Below, piece after piece: positions 12,232 through 24,269 of a DNA stretch of 64,000 nucleotides. How positions within the stretch are numbered: the first letter of the stretch is position 1; every line of letters starts with the position of its first letter. The notes beneath the pieces are model-generated. The model ran no database searches. It was not told the DNA's origin and saw nothing but the letters and a program-made list of their open reading frames with translations. Source of the stretch: Octopus bimaculoides (Eukaryota); contig NC_068981.1 in assembly GCF_001194135.2 (NCBI RefSeq), forward strand, positions 134,301,718 through 134,365,717, read 5' to 3'. The translations under genes were made by a program, and so were the position numbers.

Positions 12232-12283
<52 letters not shown>
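12205..12283. repeat. (GA)n(TG)n compound microsatellite
   Basis: Direct reading. Confidence 0.9.
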
Positions 12284-12284
<1 letters not shown>

Positions 12285-13109
12285 GGAAATTTAGAAAATT
12301 TCAGACTTTATAGTAAATTTGAAATTTGATAATGTATGCATATGAAATCAACTGATCAGTAATTTTAAATTGATTAAGAAGGAATACAATATCATGTAAT
12401 TAATTTTAAAGAAATCACATGGTTTTTATATTGAATAGAAAAAAAATAATTACATGCATAGAGGGGAAAAAAAGGATGATGACAATCTTGATGATGTAGT
12501 GGAGAATAATTGCAATTTGGTTTCTTTGTTTACCTTTTTTTTTATATATCTCTTCAGGAATTAAATTAACATCAGCACTGGTCACTAATAAAATGTTTTA
12601 AAAGAAAAACAAAGAATATTATTGTTATATTCATCATATCTCAAAATTATTATTTCAAATTAGATTTTCTTTTGTCATATCCAGTTATATACTGAGCACT
12701 TTTCTTCTCAATTTACATCTACTGTATAGAGACATACCTGCAACCTATGCAAAAGCATGTCTCTCTCTTTCATTCTCGTTTTTACTGTGTCTTCATTTCT
12801 TCTCTGCTGCTTCATACTATCAGACATCCTCTAGTCTCCCACTCATTCCTGGTACCTCTGCCTCACTCATTCCTATCCACCTTTTACCTTGAAGGTCCAC
12901 TCTGGTACCTCATCATTACTTATATCACTTTCTAGTTCCCCTCTCCCTTGTAAAATGATAGTAGTCATGTCTCCTCTCTACAGTAAGAAATCTGTTCTGC
13001 TCCAGGCCTTTGCTATCATACTTCACTCCCCTCTACTCCTTATTCCCCTAGTGTAAAGTCTCACATATACACACATACTTTGAGGTTTGTAATCTTACAA
13101 GCTGCATGA

Positions 13110-13300
13110 CAATGTCACTAGTGCAGGTGGCACCAAAAGGAAGAAAAATAGCACTGAGTACATGCTATAAAATGGTTGGCATTAGGGAGGACATCCAATT
13201 GTAGAAACTATGCCAAAGCAGACAGTGGAGCATTATGCAGTCCTTGAGCCCATCAAATCCTGTCAGACTGCCCAACCAATGTCAGCATGGAACATGAACA
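13110..13300 (+). mobile_element. SINE-V, diverged
   Basis: ggttggcattagggaggacatccaattgtagaaac core. Confidence 0.6.
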
Positions 13301-13944
13301 GGTGGTGGTGGTGGTGACACTGCTGCTGCATAGTATAGTGGGATGAAGTCTAAGACTTCAGTTTTTTGTAATTTTGCAATTCGTACAAAATGTGAAGTAT
13401 GAGAGAAGTCAAATAAAATGACAGTAAAAATAGATTATAGCTGTTTTTACTTAAAGCAATTATTCTCTAAATACATTATAAACTGTCCCTGAAATTTTCA
13501 TTCTGAGGTCTACAGGAATGATAGGTTTGTAAATTATTTAATGTAAAAATGAAAAAAAAAAAACGTTTACAACCATTTTCTATAACAATATAACTTTTTC
13601 AATATTTCTCTTCCAAATAATATCACTATTTGTATATTATTGGTCAACTTTGATCATCTAATTCCCTCAGTACTGGTGACAGTTTCATTGACTAACCATA
13701 AAATTATCCCAGAAGCAAGCAGCAACAAACAATTTGAACTTATTCTGTCAGTTATTGAAGATTATGCATAGCTTTCAAACTATTGCCATAGCCTTTAACT
13801 TACATTAAACAGCATCTACATGGCATACCAAAACTGTGAATTTATTAGCCTTGTCTCTGTCCATTAGTAATGCACTATTTTTTCTAACTTTTATGAAATG
13901 ACCTCATGTTTACCCAAACTCATATATGTATATATATATTTTAT

Positions 13945-14145
13945 CATCATCATCATCATTCAACATCCATTTTCCTTTGTGGTATGGGTTGGGTGGTTTG
14001 GCAAGAGCTGCCCAGGTTCCACGTCTGTTTTGGTATGGTTTCTATGGCTGGATGCCCTTCCTAATGCCAACCACTTTACAAAGTATACTGGGCAGTACCG
14101 GAACAAGTGCTTATACGTGCATGTACAAGTGCTTATATCCGCGCG

Positions 14146-14200
<55 letters not shown>
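13945..14200 (-). mobile_element. SINE-V 3' part plus (CA)n
   Basis: (cat)n tail and reverse-complement core ctggatgcccttcctaatgccaacc. Confidence 0.65.
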
Positions 14201-14204
<4 letters not shown>

Positions 14205-14689
14205 ATTATAACTGAAAGGCTCCAATTTCCAGCACTTTGCTTGTTTCTGATCACAGCCTGGTTTTCTTTTGAATATTCACTGCCTAAATATTTTTTGAAA
14301 TATGAAACGAAAGTTTGAAAGAAACACTTGTCCTTACATTCTTTTGTTTACAAACCTTTATGAACAACACCTGCAAAAATGGCTGCTTCAGCCTCATGCT
14401 TTTTATTTCATTTCTGCTTCTTGTGGTAATATTATTATATACATCATAAACTCTATACAATTGAGGTCATGAATGTGCATTGCTGTTTTAGCAATGTTCA
14501 AAAATAATACTTTTAAGTAATACTTTTAATCATTGTTTTTAAAATGAATGAGTGTGTATGTGAGTGTTTATTTTGCACGTGTTTGTGCAGTTGCATACAT
14601 ATGTACACTTAGACACACATGTATATACAGAATTATATATTTACATATATACAACAACAACAGCACCATCTGAGTGGGATCACTGCTAA

Positions 14690-15068
14690 AGCAGCGGTCT
14701 TGTTTCCGTGCCGGTGGCACATAAAAAGCACCATTTGAGCGTGATCATTTCCAGCTTCGCTTTACTGGCACTTGTGCTGGTGGCATGTGAACAAGACATT
14801 GGACTGACTCCTGTGCAGGTGGCACGTAAAAAACACCATTTGAGCGTGGCTGTTACCAGTACTGCCAGACTGGCCCTCATGCCGGTGGCACGTAAAAAGC
14901 ACCCACTACACTCTCAGAGTGGTTGGCACTAGGAAGGGCATCCAGCTGTAGAAACTCTGCCAGATCAGATTGGAGTCTGGTGTAACCATCTGGTTCACCA
15001 GTTCCCAGTCAAAATCGTCCAACCCATGCTAGCATGGAAAGCAGACGTTAAATGATGATAATGATGAC
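14690..15068 (+). mobile_element. SINE-V with four upstream gtgccggtggcacgtaaaaagcacc units
   Basis: Unit anchors near 14708, 14774, 14812 and 14879, followed by the V-like core and (GAT)n tail. Confidence 0.8.
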
Positions 15069-15195
15069 ATACATGTATACATTTACTTATATATGTATAC
15101 TCACATATAGACACGCACACACATACATATGTCAATAAAACCTATTAATTAAACATCTCAAAAACCAATGATTTTTTTCTGAATCAAAACAAATC

Positions 15196-15525
15196 TCAAG
15201 AAGGCTTGTATTTGCATAAAAGATACTTAGCTGCATGCATACAAGGCATTAATAACTCAATTCTTTTGCTCAAACTTTTGGTGTCTTGAGAGAAAATTCT
15301 CAGTTTCTCACTTAAACAAAGGTCACACCAGATCCTTAATTTGAAGCTCCCAGACGAGGTAATTTTGAATTCAAGAGGACTTGTCTCACACAAGAACCGT
15401 ATAAACTTTGACAAAGCCATCGCACATTTTCTGTCAGGGCTAATAAATGACTTCAATTGTATGGAGTTTATGTTGTTTGTAATAATATTACCATGAGAAC
15501 CAGAAATGAAATAAAGTGTGTGCAC
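15196..15525 (-). pseudogene. Penelope-like element GIY-YIG endonuclease C-terminal fragment
   Basis: QLKSF...AMALSKFIRFL...LEFKI...CDLCLSEKLRI...SKRIELLMPCMHAAKYLL matches H.KSF...STELSKYIW.L...I.W.I...CNLCL.EKL.I...NKRSEL.SKCRH.NK.LL. No GIY-YIG or RT motifs are visible upstream. Confidence 0.65.
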
Positions 15526-16057
15526 GTGTTATTCACAAAGGTTTTTAAATGAAAGAACATAACAATAAGCATTTCCTTCAAATTTTCATTTCATTTCATA
15601 TTTCAAAAAATGCTAGCATGGAAAGCGGACGTTAAACGATTCAGGCAATGAATACTTCAAAAGAAAACTAGGCTTGGTTTACCAGCTGATGATTGGAAAT
15701 GAACAACTTGGAGAATTGGAAATTGGAGCCTTTCAGTTGTAATGTACTAAAGAATACTCTGTTTTTATTGCGTCCTATAATTGATCACTTCTAGGGAATC
15801 AACAGAGATGTGTGCGAGTGCGAGCATGCGTATGTGTGTAAGTGTCATTATTTAGTTTTATTTCAAGATTTCTTTCCAATAGAGAAAGGGTCAGTTTCTA
15901 ACCTATATCCAAGGATCCATCATTGTAATTTCAACATCAACAGGGTATTTTTGTATGTATGTATATGTGCAGATTTATGTGTTTTGTTGTATGTATATAT
16001 TCTCATGCATATAGTTGCATGTCTTTACATGCTCATATATATACTTAAATATATATT

Positions 16058-16275
16058 TAAGGTGGCGAGCTGGCAGAATCATTAGCACACCAGGCAAAAT
16101 GCTTAGCGGTATTTCGTCTGCCGTTACGTTCTGCGCTGAGGTCGACTTTGCCTTTCATCCTTTTGGGGTCGATTAAATAAGTACCAGTTATGCACTGGAG
16201 TCGATGTATTCAACCTAATCCCTTTGTCTGTCCTTGTTTGTCCCCTCTATATTTAGCCCCCTGTGGGTAATAAAT
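16058..16275 (+). mobile_element. SINE-M, alternative tail (cccctctatatttagcccc)
   Basis: Head aaggtggcgagctggcagaatc and core gcctttcatccttttggggtcga. Confidence 0.8.
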
Positions 16276-16453
16276 ATATATATATATACTTAAATGATAA
16301 ATTTCTGGAAAGTTTTAGTTCCAGTGATAGCTTGGAGCTCAACAGGTAGGTAGGTAGATAGGTAGGTCAGTTGGTCGGTCCATCCCATGCCAGCATGGAA
16401 AACGGACATTAAATGATGATGATGATGATGATTGTACCTGACTGCTCTCTCTA

Positions 16454-16492
<39 letters not shown>

Positions 16493-16854
16493 GACAGCCT
16501 GTCTTTTGGGGTTTATTATTCCTTAGTACTGCTTATTAGTTCCTTTATCAAGACCCCCCCTCAACTCATTACACAACTGCACTAGTAAGTTAGTTTTCTT
16601 TTTTGAAAGAAACTTTATACTTTTTTTTTATTAGCCGTGTTCTAAGTTTATCTAAATTTAGTTTGTTCTTCAAATTTTTCTTAAAAGCATTTTTAAGTCT
16701 AAGCTTATGAAATTTATAAGTTGATTTATTCAATAATTCCACTGATGCTTGTTTTCTCAGCTTCAAAACATGAAGCAATTCAGGTCAGTTTTCTGAATAT
16801 GATGGCATTTAAAAACAAAGATCTTGGATGGTGTAATCATTTCAGCACTTAATC

Positions 16855-16952
16855 ATCATCATTGTTGTTGTTGTTGTTGTCCTCGCCGCCGCCGCCGCCT
16901 TCTTCTTCTTCTTCTTCTTCTTCTTCTTCTTCTTCTTCTTCTTCTTCTTCTC
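16855..16952. repeat. Compound (CAT)(TGT)(GCC)(TTC)n trinucleotide tract
   Basis: Direct reading. Confidence 0.9.
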
Positions 16953-17284
16953 ATTACTAATTAGAATATTTTTTTTATTATCCTTAAGTAACTCTTAACA
17001 TCCTATGATATGAATCTCCATGGTACCACATCTGTTTGTTAATCCTATCTATACTATCTGAAACAGCATAAATCAAACCACTCTTGTTAGCATTCATTTT
17101 AAACTCTCTCATCTAAAGAAGATAACTTTAATCCCTTCTTCCATCATCACAGTGTCCGCTATGCACATCTATCTCAACTCCCCAACCCCCACCACCAGTG
17201 GGGGTTGCAATTTTTTTCATGAAGATTTTGTATAGACTTTCCTTTCGTTAAGAAAATGGTTCTCTTTTATCTGTTACCTTTTAA

Positions 17285-17630
17285 TTATTTCAGTAATTAG
17301 ACTGTGGCCATGCTGGGGTACAGCAGTGAGGAATTTTAGTTGAATGAATTGACCCCTGTTCTTATTTTCTTTTTAAATCTGGTAACTATTCTGTTGGTTT
17401 CTTTTGCCAAACAGCTAAGCTATGGGGAAGTAAACACACCAATACTGGTTGTCTCACACGCACACACACACTCGATGGACTTCTTTCAGATTCCGTCTAC
17501 CAGATCTACTCACAAGGCTTTGGTTGGCCCAAGGCTACAATAGAAGACACTTTCCCAAGGTGTCACGCAGTCGGGCTGAACCCAGAACCACGTGGTTGGG
17601 AAACAAACTTCTTACCACACAGCTACACCT
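17285..17630 (-). mobile_element. SINE-A with tail B
   Basis: Reverse complement of head and tail B. Confidence 0.75.
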
Positions 17631-17745
17631 ATTATTCATTCATTGAGTGACAACTTACTCAATGCTTTAATCAATGGATTAATAGCAAATAAGGCTTTGG
17701 TGATGATAACCAGACCAGTATATGTATTTCTCGTATGTACCCTCA

Positions 17746-18060
17746 ATGTCTGACTTTGATCCATCTGATTTTTCACCAAGTGACTTGGTTGAAATATCAT
17801 CTGAAGAATGGTCTGACAATTGAGCCTTTTACAAGTATTGTTAGTCCAAGAATACATTTAGGGCTTGATGTGAAGTTGGTGGAGTATTTTTTCCTACTTT
17901 TCTATTGAGTTTTGATCAGTAGGATTATATAGCAAACTACTTTGTATACAGAACCAAAAGGAGAAGTCAACTTAGCTCCAGTGTGTTGAGATTTGTGCAC
18001 ACTTGGGTTTTTTTTAATTTCTGAATTGAATAACAGCTTACCTGTAAATTTCATTATGAA
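17746..18060 (+). pseudogene. Decayed piggyBac (PGBD-like) transposase N-terminal region
   Basis: Acidic MSDFDPSDFSPSDLVEISSEEWSDN, then VEYFFLLFY*VLISRII*QTTLYTEPK (from 17879; cf. P.EYF.LFFDDELI..IVEQTNLYA.QK), then EICAHLGFFLISE (from 17988; cf. EI.AFLG.LIL.G). Confidence 0.6.
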
Positions 18061-19567
18061 TAAACTGCAAAAGGATCAAGGCAAACCATTATTTTGTAAT
18101 GTTTGTGTGTCTATTACTAATTGCATTTAATTTATTGCCACATAATGATATCTGCACACCAGTGTGTCTGAATGGCATGGCTAGGGAGCCAGCTCTCTTC
18201 TGAGTTCTATATGCTTAAGACTATCTTCTACTATTTGACTCATAACTGAAGCCGTTGACAAGTATTACAACTCTGGGCCAGAGCAGAGCTGGGGGGAGTG
18301 GTAACTAAGGGTTTACTTCACCCTCCCCAAAACCCTTAATCTCAAAAAAGCTTAATGTCTTGTCCAGGTAACTACATTCAACTACCATACTTGGATTACA
18401 GGCCAATGTGGGGTTGCCTCCAATTCTGGATTTTACTTTACACCTCTGATTGGCTTCCTTGCCTTAACTAGTCTGTCTGTCTGTCAGTTCATTCATCTTC
18501 CTGTCTGATTGTCTGTCTTTATGTGTTTGTGTACTTGTTCAGTCATCTGTGTCTTTGTCCATTCATTTTCAGTCTCTGTATTCATTCATGTTTCTGTGTG
18601 TCTGTTCATTCATATATTTATTGTCCTTCCCTTCTATTTCTCTATTCATCTGGTTATTAAACAGGCAGAACAATATTAGGCTAAACAACATCAACAACTG
18701 CTTATATTATATTGGTTTCCAATACAAAATAGATGCTATTTAAATACCCATTATTGTTTTGATACTGATTTTAACTGCTCCACTTTGATTGCTTTGAATG
18801 TTTTTCTGTAGTATTTAAAGTACATTTTTTAAGACAGTGTTTTATCTACATATATTTTTAATTAAATATTAATCTTCTTTTGTTCAGTGTTGTCATAAGT
18901 GCTATAAATTTTCAATCTTAAAATTCCAGAACTTTTATAGTCTTTACAATTTGATACCAAGTAATAAAAAATTTATATGGCAAAAGAAGTTATAAAACAT
19001 TGTTTGAGATAAATATTCTTAGTAGAGGAGGAAGGAAAAAAACAAAAGCAACAATTGGAGGATGACTGGCATTAAAGACTTTTACTAGCAGATAGTAAAT
19101 CATTGTTGTTTTGAGAGTACTGAATATTTATAAGTTAGCATTGAACATACTTTCTTTTGTTTATATTTTATGTAAAATAGAAAATCCATAAGTGTCTGCA
19201 AGACAATGCTGAACTTTAGACTGAACTAATAAGTTTCCATAATTGGCTTAATAGGATACTTAAGTGGTATTACAGCAATATTAATAGAACTTGAAATGTG
19301 AAATGAAATCTCCTTTATAAGCTAAGATTGTAAACACTTCATCTGTTAAAGGAACTTAAGATTTATCCAGCTTGACTATGGCACCAACTGTTGGTTTTTC
19401 AAAATATTAAATAGAATATTATAACATATTTTCTTTTGCTTTAATTTATATGTACCATATGGTGCATATTGTATAATTTTAATATAAGTATGCATGTAAT
19501 AGTTTTTCTATTAAAGGTTTGTACTAAAGAATTACTGGAGTCACCATCAATGTATCATACTTTATAT

Positions 19568-19890
19568 ATCATCATCATCATCGTTTAACGTCCGCTTTCC
19601 ATGCTAGCATGGGTTGGACGATTTGACTGAGGACTGGTGAAACCGGATGGCAACACCAGGCTCCAATCTGATTTGGCTGGGTTTCTACAGCTGGATGCTC
19701 TTCCTAACGCCAACCACTCAGAGAGTGTAGTGGGTGCTTTTACGTGTCACCCGCACGAAGGCCAGTCAGGCGGTACTGGCAACAGCCATGCTCAAAATGG
19801 TGCATTTTATGTGCCACCTGCACAAGAGCCAGTCCAGGGGCACTGGCAACGATCTCGCTCGAAAATCCTACGAAGGCCAGTCAGACGGTG
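19568..19890 (-). mobile_element. SINE-V, low-divergence copy
   Basis: (cat)n tail, gtttaacgtccgctttccatgctagcatgggttggacg, V-like core and upstream units. Confidence 0.85.
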
Positions 19891-19892
19891 AT

Positions 19893-20335
19893 AGGCAATT
19901 ACTGCAGTATTCATTTAAAGATAACATCTTTTATGGACATACTCTATTTAAAAGTACAATATATATAAGAGGGAGACAACCATACCAGCAGTGATCAGTG
20001 AGGGTGCCAGGCAAATTTTGGCCTCCTTGGGCCTTATCAATAATGTATACTCAAAGCCAGCCAGATGCCTAGATGACATCTGATATTGGTAACAGTGAAT
20101 AAACATTAACAAATAAATGCATAAAACTTCAGCATCTGCAATCGAGAAAATATTAAATTAAAATAGCCATCTATGTATCATACTTGACGTATATACATCA
20201 TTAACAGGTAAGTTACTACAGTATTCATCGAGAGATAACATTTTTTATGGATGTCTCCCGTTGATATGTATTGTATCTTTAAACACAGCATGTCCATTAA
20301 TAATGTTATCTCTACTGTAACTTGTCGGACAATGA
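19893..20335. mobile_element. Unclassified foldback/MITE-like element with about 75-bp imperfect TIRs
   Basis: 19915-19985 (gataacatcttttatggacatactctatttaaaagtacaata...gggagacaacc) matches the reverse complement of 20247-20325. Confidence 0.55.
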
Positions 20336-20364
20336 TGTATATATACATTAAGCATGTTATATAG

Positions 20365-20826
20365 ATTATCATCATCATCATTGTTGTTTAACGTCTGTTT
20401 TCCATACTGGCATGGGTTGGACGGTTTGACTGAGGAGCCAGTGGCTGCACCAGGCTCCAATCTGATCTGGCAATGTTTCTACAGCTGGACGCCCTTCCTA
20501 ACGCCAACCACTCCGAGAGTGTAGTGGGTGCTTTTTATGTGCCACCGGCACAGGAGCCAGTCAGGCGAGCCTGCCATCAATCACGTTTAGATAGTGCTTT
20601 TTACGTGGCACTGGCACAGGAGCCAGTTAGGGCACTGGCATCAGCTATGTTTAGATGGTGCTTTTTACGTGCCACCGGCACAGAGCCAGGCAGGTGGCCC
20701 TGGCATCGATCACGTTCAGCTAGTGCTTTTTATATACCACCAGCACGGGAACCAGTGAGGGGGTCACTGGCATCGGCCACATTCGGATGGTACTTTTTAC
20801 ATGCCACCGGCACGGGAGTCAGTTAG
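20365..20826 (-). mobile_element. SINE-V with five tandem 64-67-bp units
   Basis: Unit anchors gtgctttttaygtgccaccggcac at 20528, 20594, 20658, 20723 and 20790. Confidence 0.8.
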
Positions 20827-20989
20827 CATTTGATACTGCTTTAGTTGTATATAAAAGATGATTATATTATTTGAACCATATTTACACATGATGAGACAAC
20901 GGCCAACTGATAGTATATCAGTAATATTATTTTATACTATAGGTTGACTTTATTTGCTTGATAAATGTAATTATTTCATCAAGTATTAG

Positions 20990-21165
20990 GTTGAGGTATA
21001 GCTCTATGGTTAAAAAATTCATTTCATAACCATGTGTTCCCAGATTTGACTAGCTGGCCAAACTCTTGAGCAAGTTCCTTTGACAATAGGCTTGGATTGA
21101 ACAGTTTCTTGTGAGTGGAATTTAGTAGGCAGAAATTGTATGAAAATCTGTTGTGCACACTCATG

Positions 21166-21204
<39 letters not shown>

Positions 21205-21560
21205 TGCACGCATGTGCATATGGATGTGTTTACAGGAGTAAACTGTGTGTGTAGAGGTAGAGTTGGGTTGTCCCTCTGGTGATGTAAAGCACTCATGGTG
21301 GTGCCACATAAAAGTGTGTCGTGGTGTCACATATAAGCATCCATGCGGTGCTACATAAAGCACCTGTGTGGTGCTGCATAAAAACATATAGGATACTTTG
21401 TAAAGTGGTTGGCGTTAGGGAGGGAATCCAGCCATAGAAACCATGCGAAATCAGACTGGAGTCTGGTGCATCCCCCCCACCATCAGCTGGCCAGCTCTGG
21501 TCAAACTGTCTAAACCATGCCAGCATGGACAATGGGCATTAAATGATGATGATGATGGTA
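20990..21560 (+). mobile_element. SINE-A head, (TG)n hinge and SINE-V-type tail
   Basis: Head at about 20995-21150, (TG)n, short tandem units at 21290-21385, V-like core and (GAT)n. Confidence 0.7.
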
Positions 21561-23089
21561 GATAGATAGACATAGTTAGAATAAGTACAAGTCTGAATAA
21601 TAACTGAGATCAATATCATCAGCTAAAACTCTTGAAGACTATGCTCCTGCATGGCCACTATCTAATAACTGAAACTAGTAAAAGTGTAAAAGAAAATTAA
21701 TATATTCTTGAGTTTGTATTTTGGATATATTGCCTGTTACTAAGTAGTGTTTCAATTTATTACTTTTTATTGATTTAAATTTTTTTTACAAAATATATCA
21801 GTACAGCTGTTATTACCTGCCTATTATAATTATTGCTTTTACAAAAATGTAGGCAATTGCATGATAAACTAAACAAATTCATAGACAGTTGAGTGTCTGA
21901 TTTTAAACATTGATTTCAAAATGTCTTATTATAATTGACAATCTATACAATAGGTATGTAAAATAACAATTATTGGTAATTATGGTATAATATTTTGAGC
22001 TGTACACGAGATTGAGATTAAAAGATTGATACTGGAATTGTATTTCTGAAAATTTGCTACCTGCTAGTCTTACATGTACCATGATAACTTGTAGAAGTTT
22101 AAATAAGTCACTGGAGCATTACTTCATTCAGTATGCTGAAGAAAACGGTTACCAGCTCTTTCTGGGAAGTTATCTGTGATAGACTAATGACCTGTCCAAA
22201 GGAAAATCTACCGCTCTTCCTCCTACAGTTAAGGAACCTATACACTCTGGTCATGTATGGAATTATTCATTTTCATTTTATTCACTTTGAAATATTTATC
22301 ATGTAATTTTTTTTCAATGAATTAAGTGCCTGTCGTGTATATGTGTGTGTGTGTGTGTGTCTTTGTTTGTCCTCAAATCAATTTCTTCAACTAAAACCCT
22401 TTAAAACAGTGCTCCAACATGGCTGTATTCAAATAACTGAAACAAGTAAAAGAATAAAAACATATCATTTGTTATCTACTCAATTAATGTTTTCAGAGAA
22501 AAGATGGGTCATATCGACAATAGGTCATACTGATAACTTTTATCTCAATGGACACAAAATATAGTAACACATACATTAAATGGTTGGTTGTTATAATACT
22601 TCTTAATGCGACATTTTTAACTACGCACATGCAGAGAGAAAAAGAGAGTGGTGGGAAGATAAGGGTATCAATACTGAAACATATGTAGTAATACCCAAAT
22701 TATCCAATTGTTTCATCTTTATTACTATACACATACATGTAATGTTACATATAATATGTTGTAACTTGACAGAAGTAGCTTTATGCTTAAGTAAATACAT
22801 CAATCTCGTAAAAGGTATTATGTTTTAAATTAATTGTTTGTTTAGAATTTTTATTATCCCATTTCTTAGGTATATTAATTAAAGCAATATCTGATTTTAG
22901 ATATTTACAAAATAAATTTAATGGCAGAATCTCTGAAAACGTTAAAGCTGATAAAAGAGGTAATGTTTTAACGGTTTAGCCTTGTATCAGATAAACATTT
23001 CCATATAAATTTTGATGTGCAATTTCATGCCATAATTCAAATCTGATTCTGCAATATTACTCTTTGGCTTTGGAATTTCTGTTGTTTAA

Positions 23090-23307
23090 CGCTTTTGTTT
23101 TCAAATATCTATTGGAATGCACTTCCTTTGTTTCTGTTAATTCTGAAAATAATGAAGAATTTAGGATTTTTGTCATTATCAAGCTTGTGTATGGAACATA
23201 AGCGAACATATAATTTTGATGAAAGGTTTTAATTTAGATTACTTTAAAATGGCCAGATTGTAACATAGGATTTGGGGGTGATCTCAGGTGGGTTGGTATC
23301 AAAAGGG
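23090..23307. mobile_element. piggyBac-type MITE, family 1
   Basis: TTAA at 23086-23089; ends cgcttttg...caaaaggg; right site ttag at 23308-23311. A homologous reverse copy lies at 40510-40676. Confidence 0.6.
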
Positions 23308-23311
23308 TTAG

Positions 23312-23528
23312 CCCTGTAGCATTTTAACCTGCCACACCTGGCTCAGATATTCTTCCGGTTTTATGTTCAGACTGGCTACATCCAGCCTCTCACACCTACA
23401 CTACAATGTCATACTAAAAATAAACACATCATCAAAATCTCAAGGCTGCAAGATAATTGCATGTTTAATTCAAAACAATGTGAATAAATAAGTATGATAC
23501 TTTACAGAGTAATCTGAATGCTAAAGGG
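23312..23528. mobile_element. piggyBac-type MITE, family 2
   Basis: Ends ccctgtagcatt...aatgctaaaggg followed by TTAA (23529-23532). Homologues at 26815-26965, 29440-29640 and 35391-35611. Confidence 0.75.
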
Positions 23529-24196
23529 TTAAATAAAAGTAGAATAATTGATATTAATTTGATGTTTGATTTAATTCAATATTAATGAATAAACGTAAAA
23601 TATGGTTTAGATTACAACAAAAAAATCTGTATTAGAGATGATTGACAGGAATAATTAGAACCAATTTTTATTCAAACCAGAGTGAAAAAGTAGTCCTGTA
23701 TTTTGTTAGAGATGTGTGCCATCCATATAAGTTACAGTTAGATGTTACTGTATTTTCTCCTATTGGATGATGTGACCATGTAGTAGGTGGCATATTCACA
23801 GAAGAAGCATGTTATTGTTCAGAATCTTTATAACTGATCCTAATTTTCCTTTTATTTTTTTTTAAAAGGTTGAAAATGGTTAAAAGGAATAATTTTTGAA
23901 TCTTTTTTTTTGTATGTTACTGGCTTCCATATATGTTGGCTTTAACATAAGAAGCTTTCTATAAGTAGCAAAACAATAAATATTGTATCAATAGAAAACA
24001 TTTAGGTTATTTTACTTTCAAAATCTTCCTATCAATTATTAAGTGAAGTAGGTTTTTACAAACTTTATACCACTTCATCTTCAAATTATCTTGTCTGATA
24101 TTGTTTTTTTGTTTTTTTTTTAACTTTTCATTCTGTAATTTGGGAATAAATAGAATTATGTTTTGTATTTATGTTCCAGAAAGTAATTGTATTTAG

Positions 24197-24269
24197 GTTA
24201 TATATTGTCAATGCTCAGAATGATATGTTTCCAATATATACTTCTGTTTTCTTACCTGAATATATGAAG
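24197..24269 (+). CDS. Candidate internal coding exon (phase 2 to 0), product unknown
   Basis: Acceptor tgtatttag and donor AAG/gtcaga; open frame LYIVNAQNDMFPIYTSVFLPEYMK; end phase fits the downstream candidates. Confidence 0.3.

Noticed and set aside
16761-16783. 23-nt microexon candidate (SKHEAIQ) with good splice sites
   Set aside because: Such signals arise by chance in 64 kb of AT-rich DNA; needs RNA-seq.
20528-20826. CRISPR-like repeat/spacer periodicity
   Set aside because: Animal DNA; the spacers are homologous to one another; the array lies inside a SINE; no cas genes.
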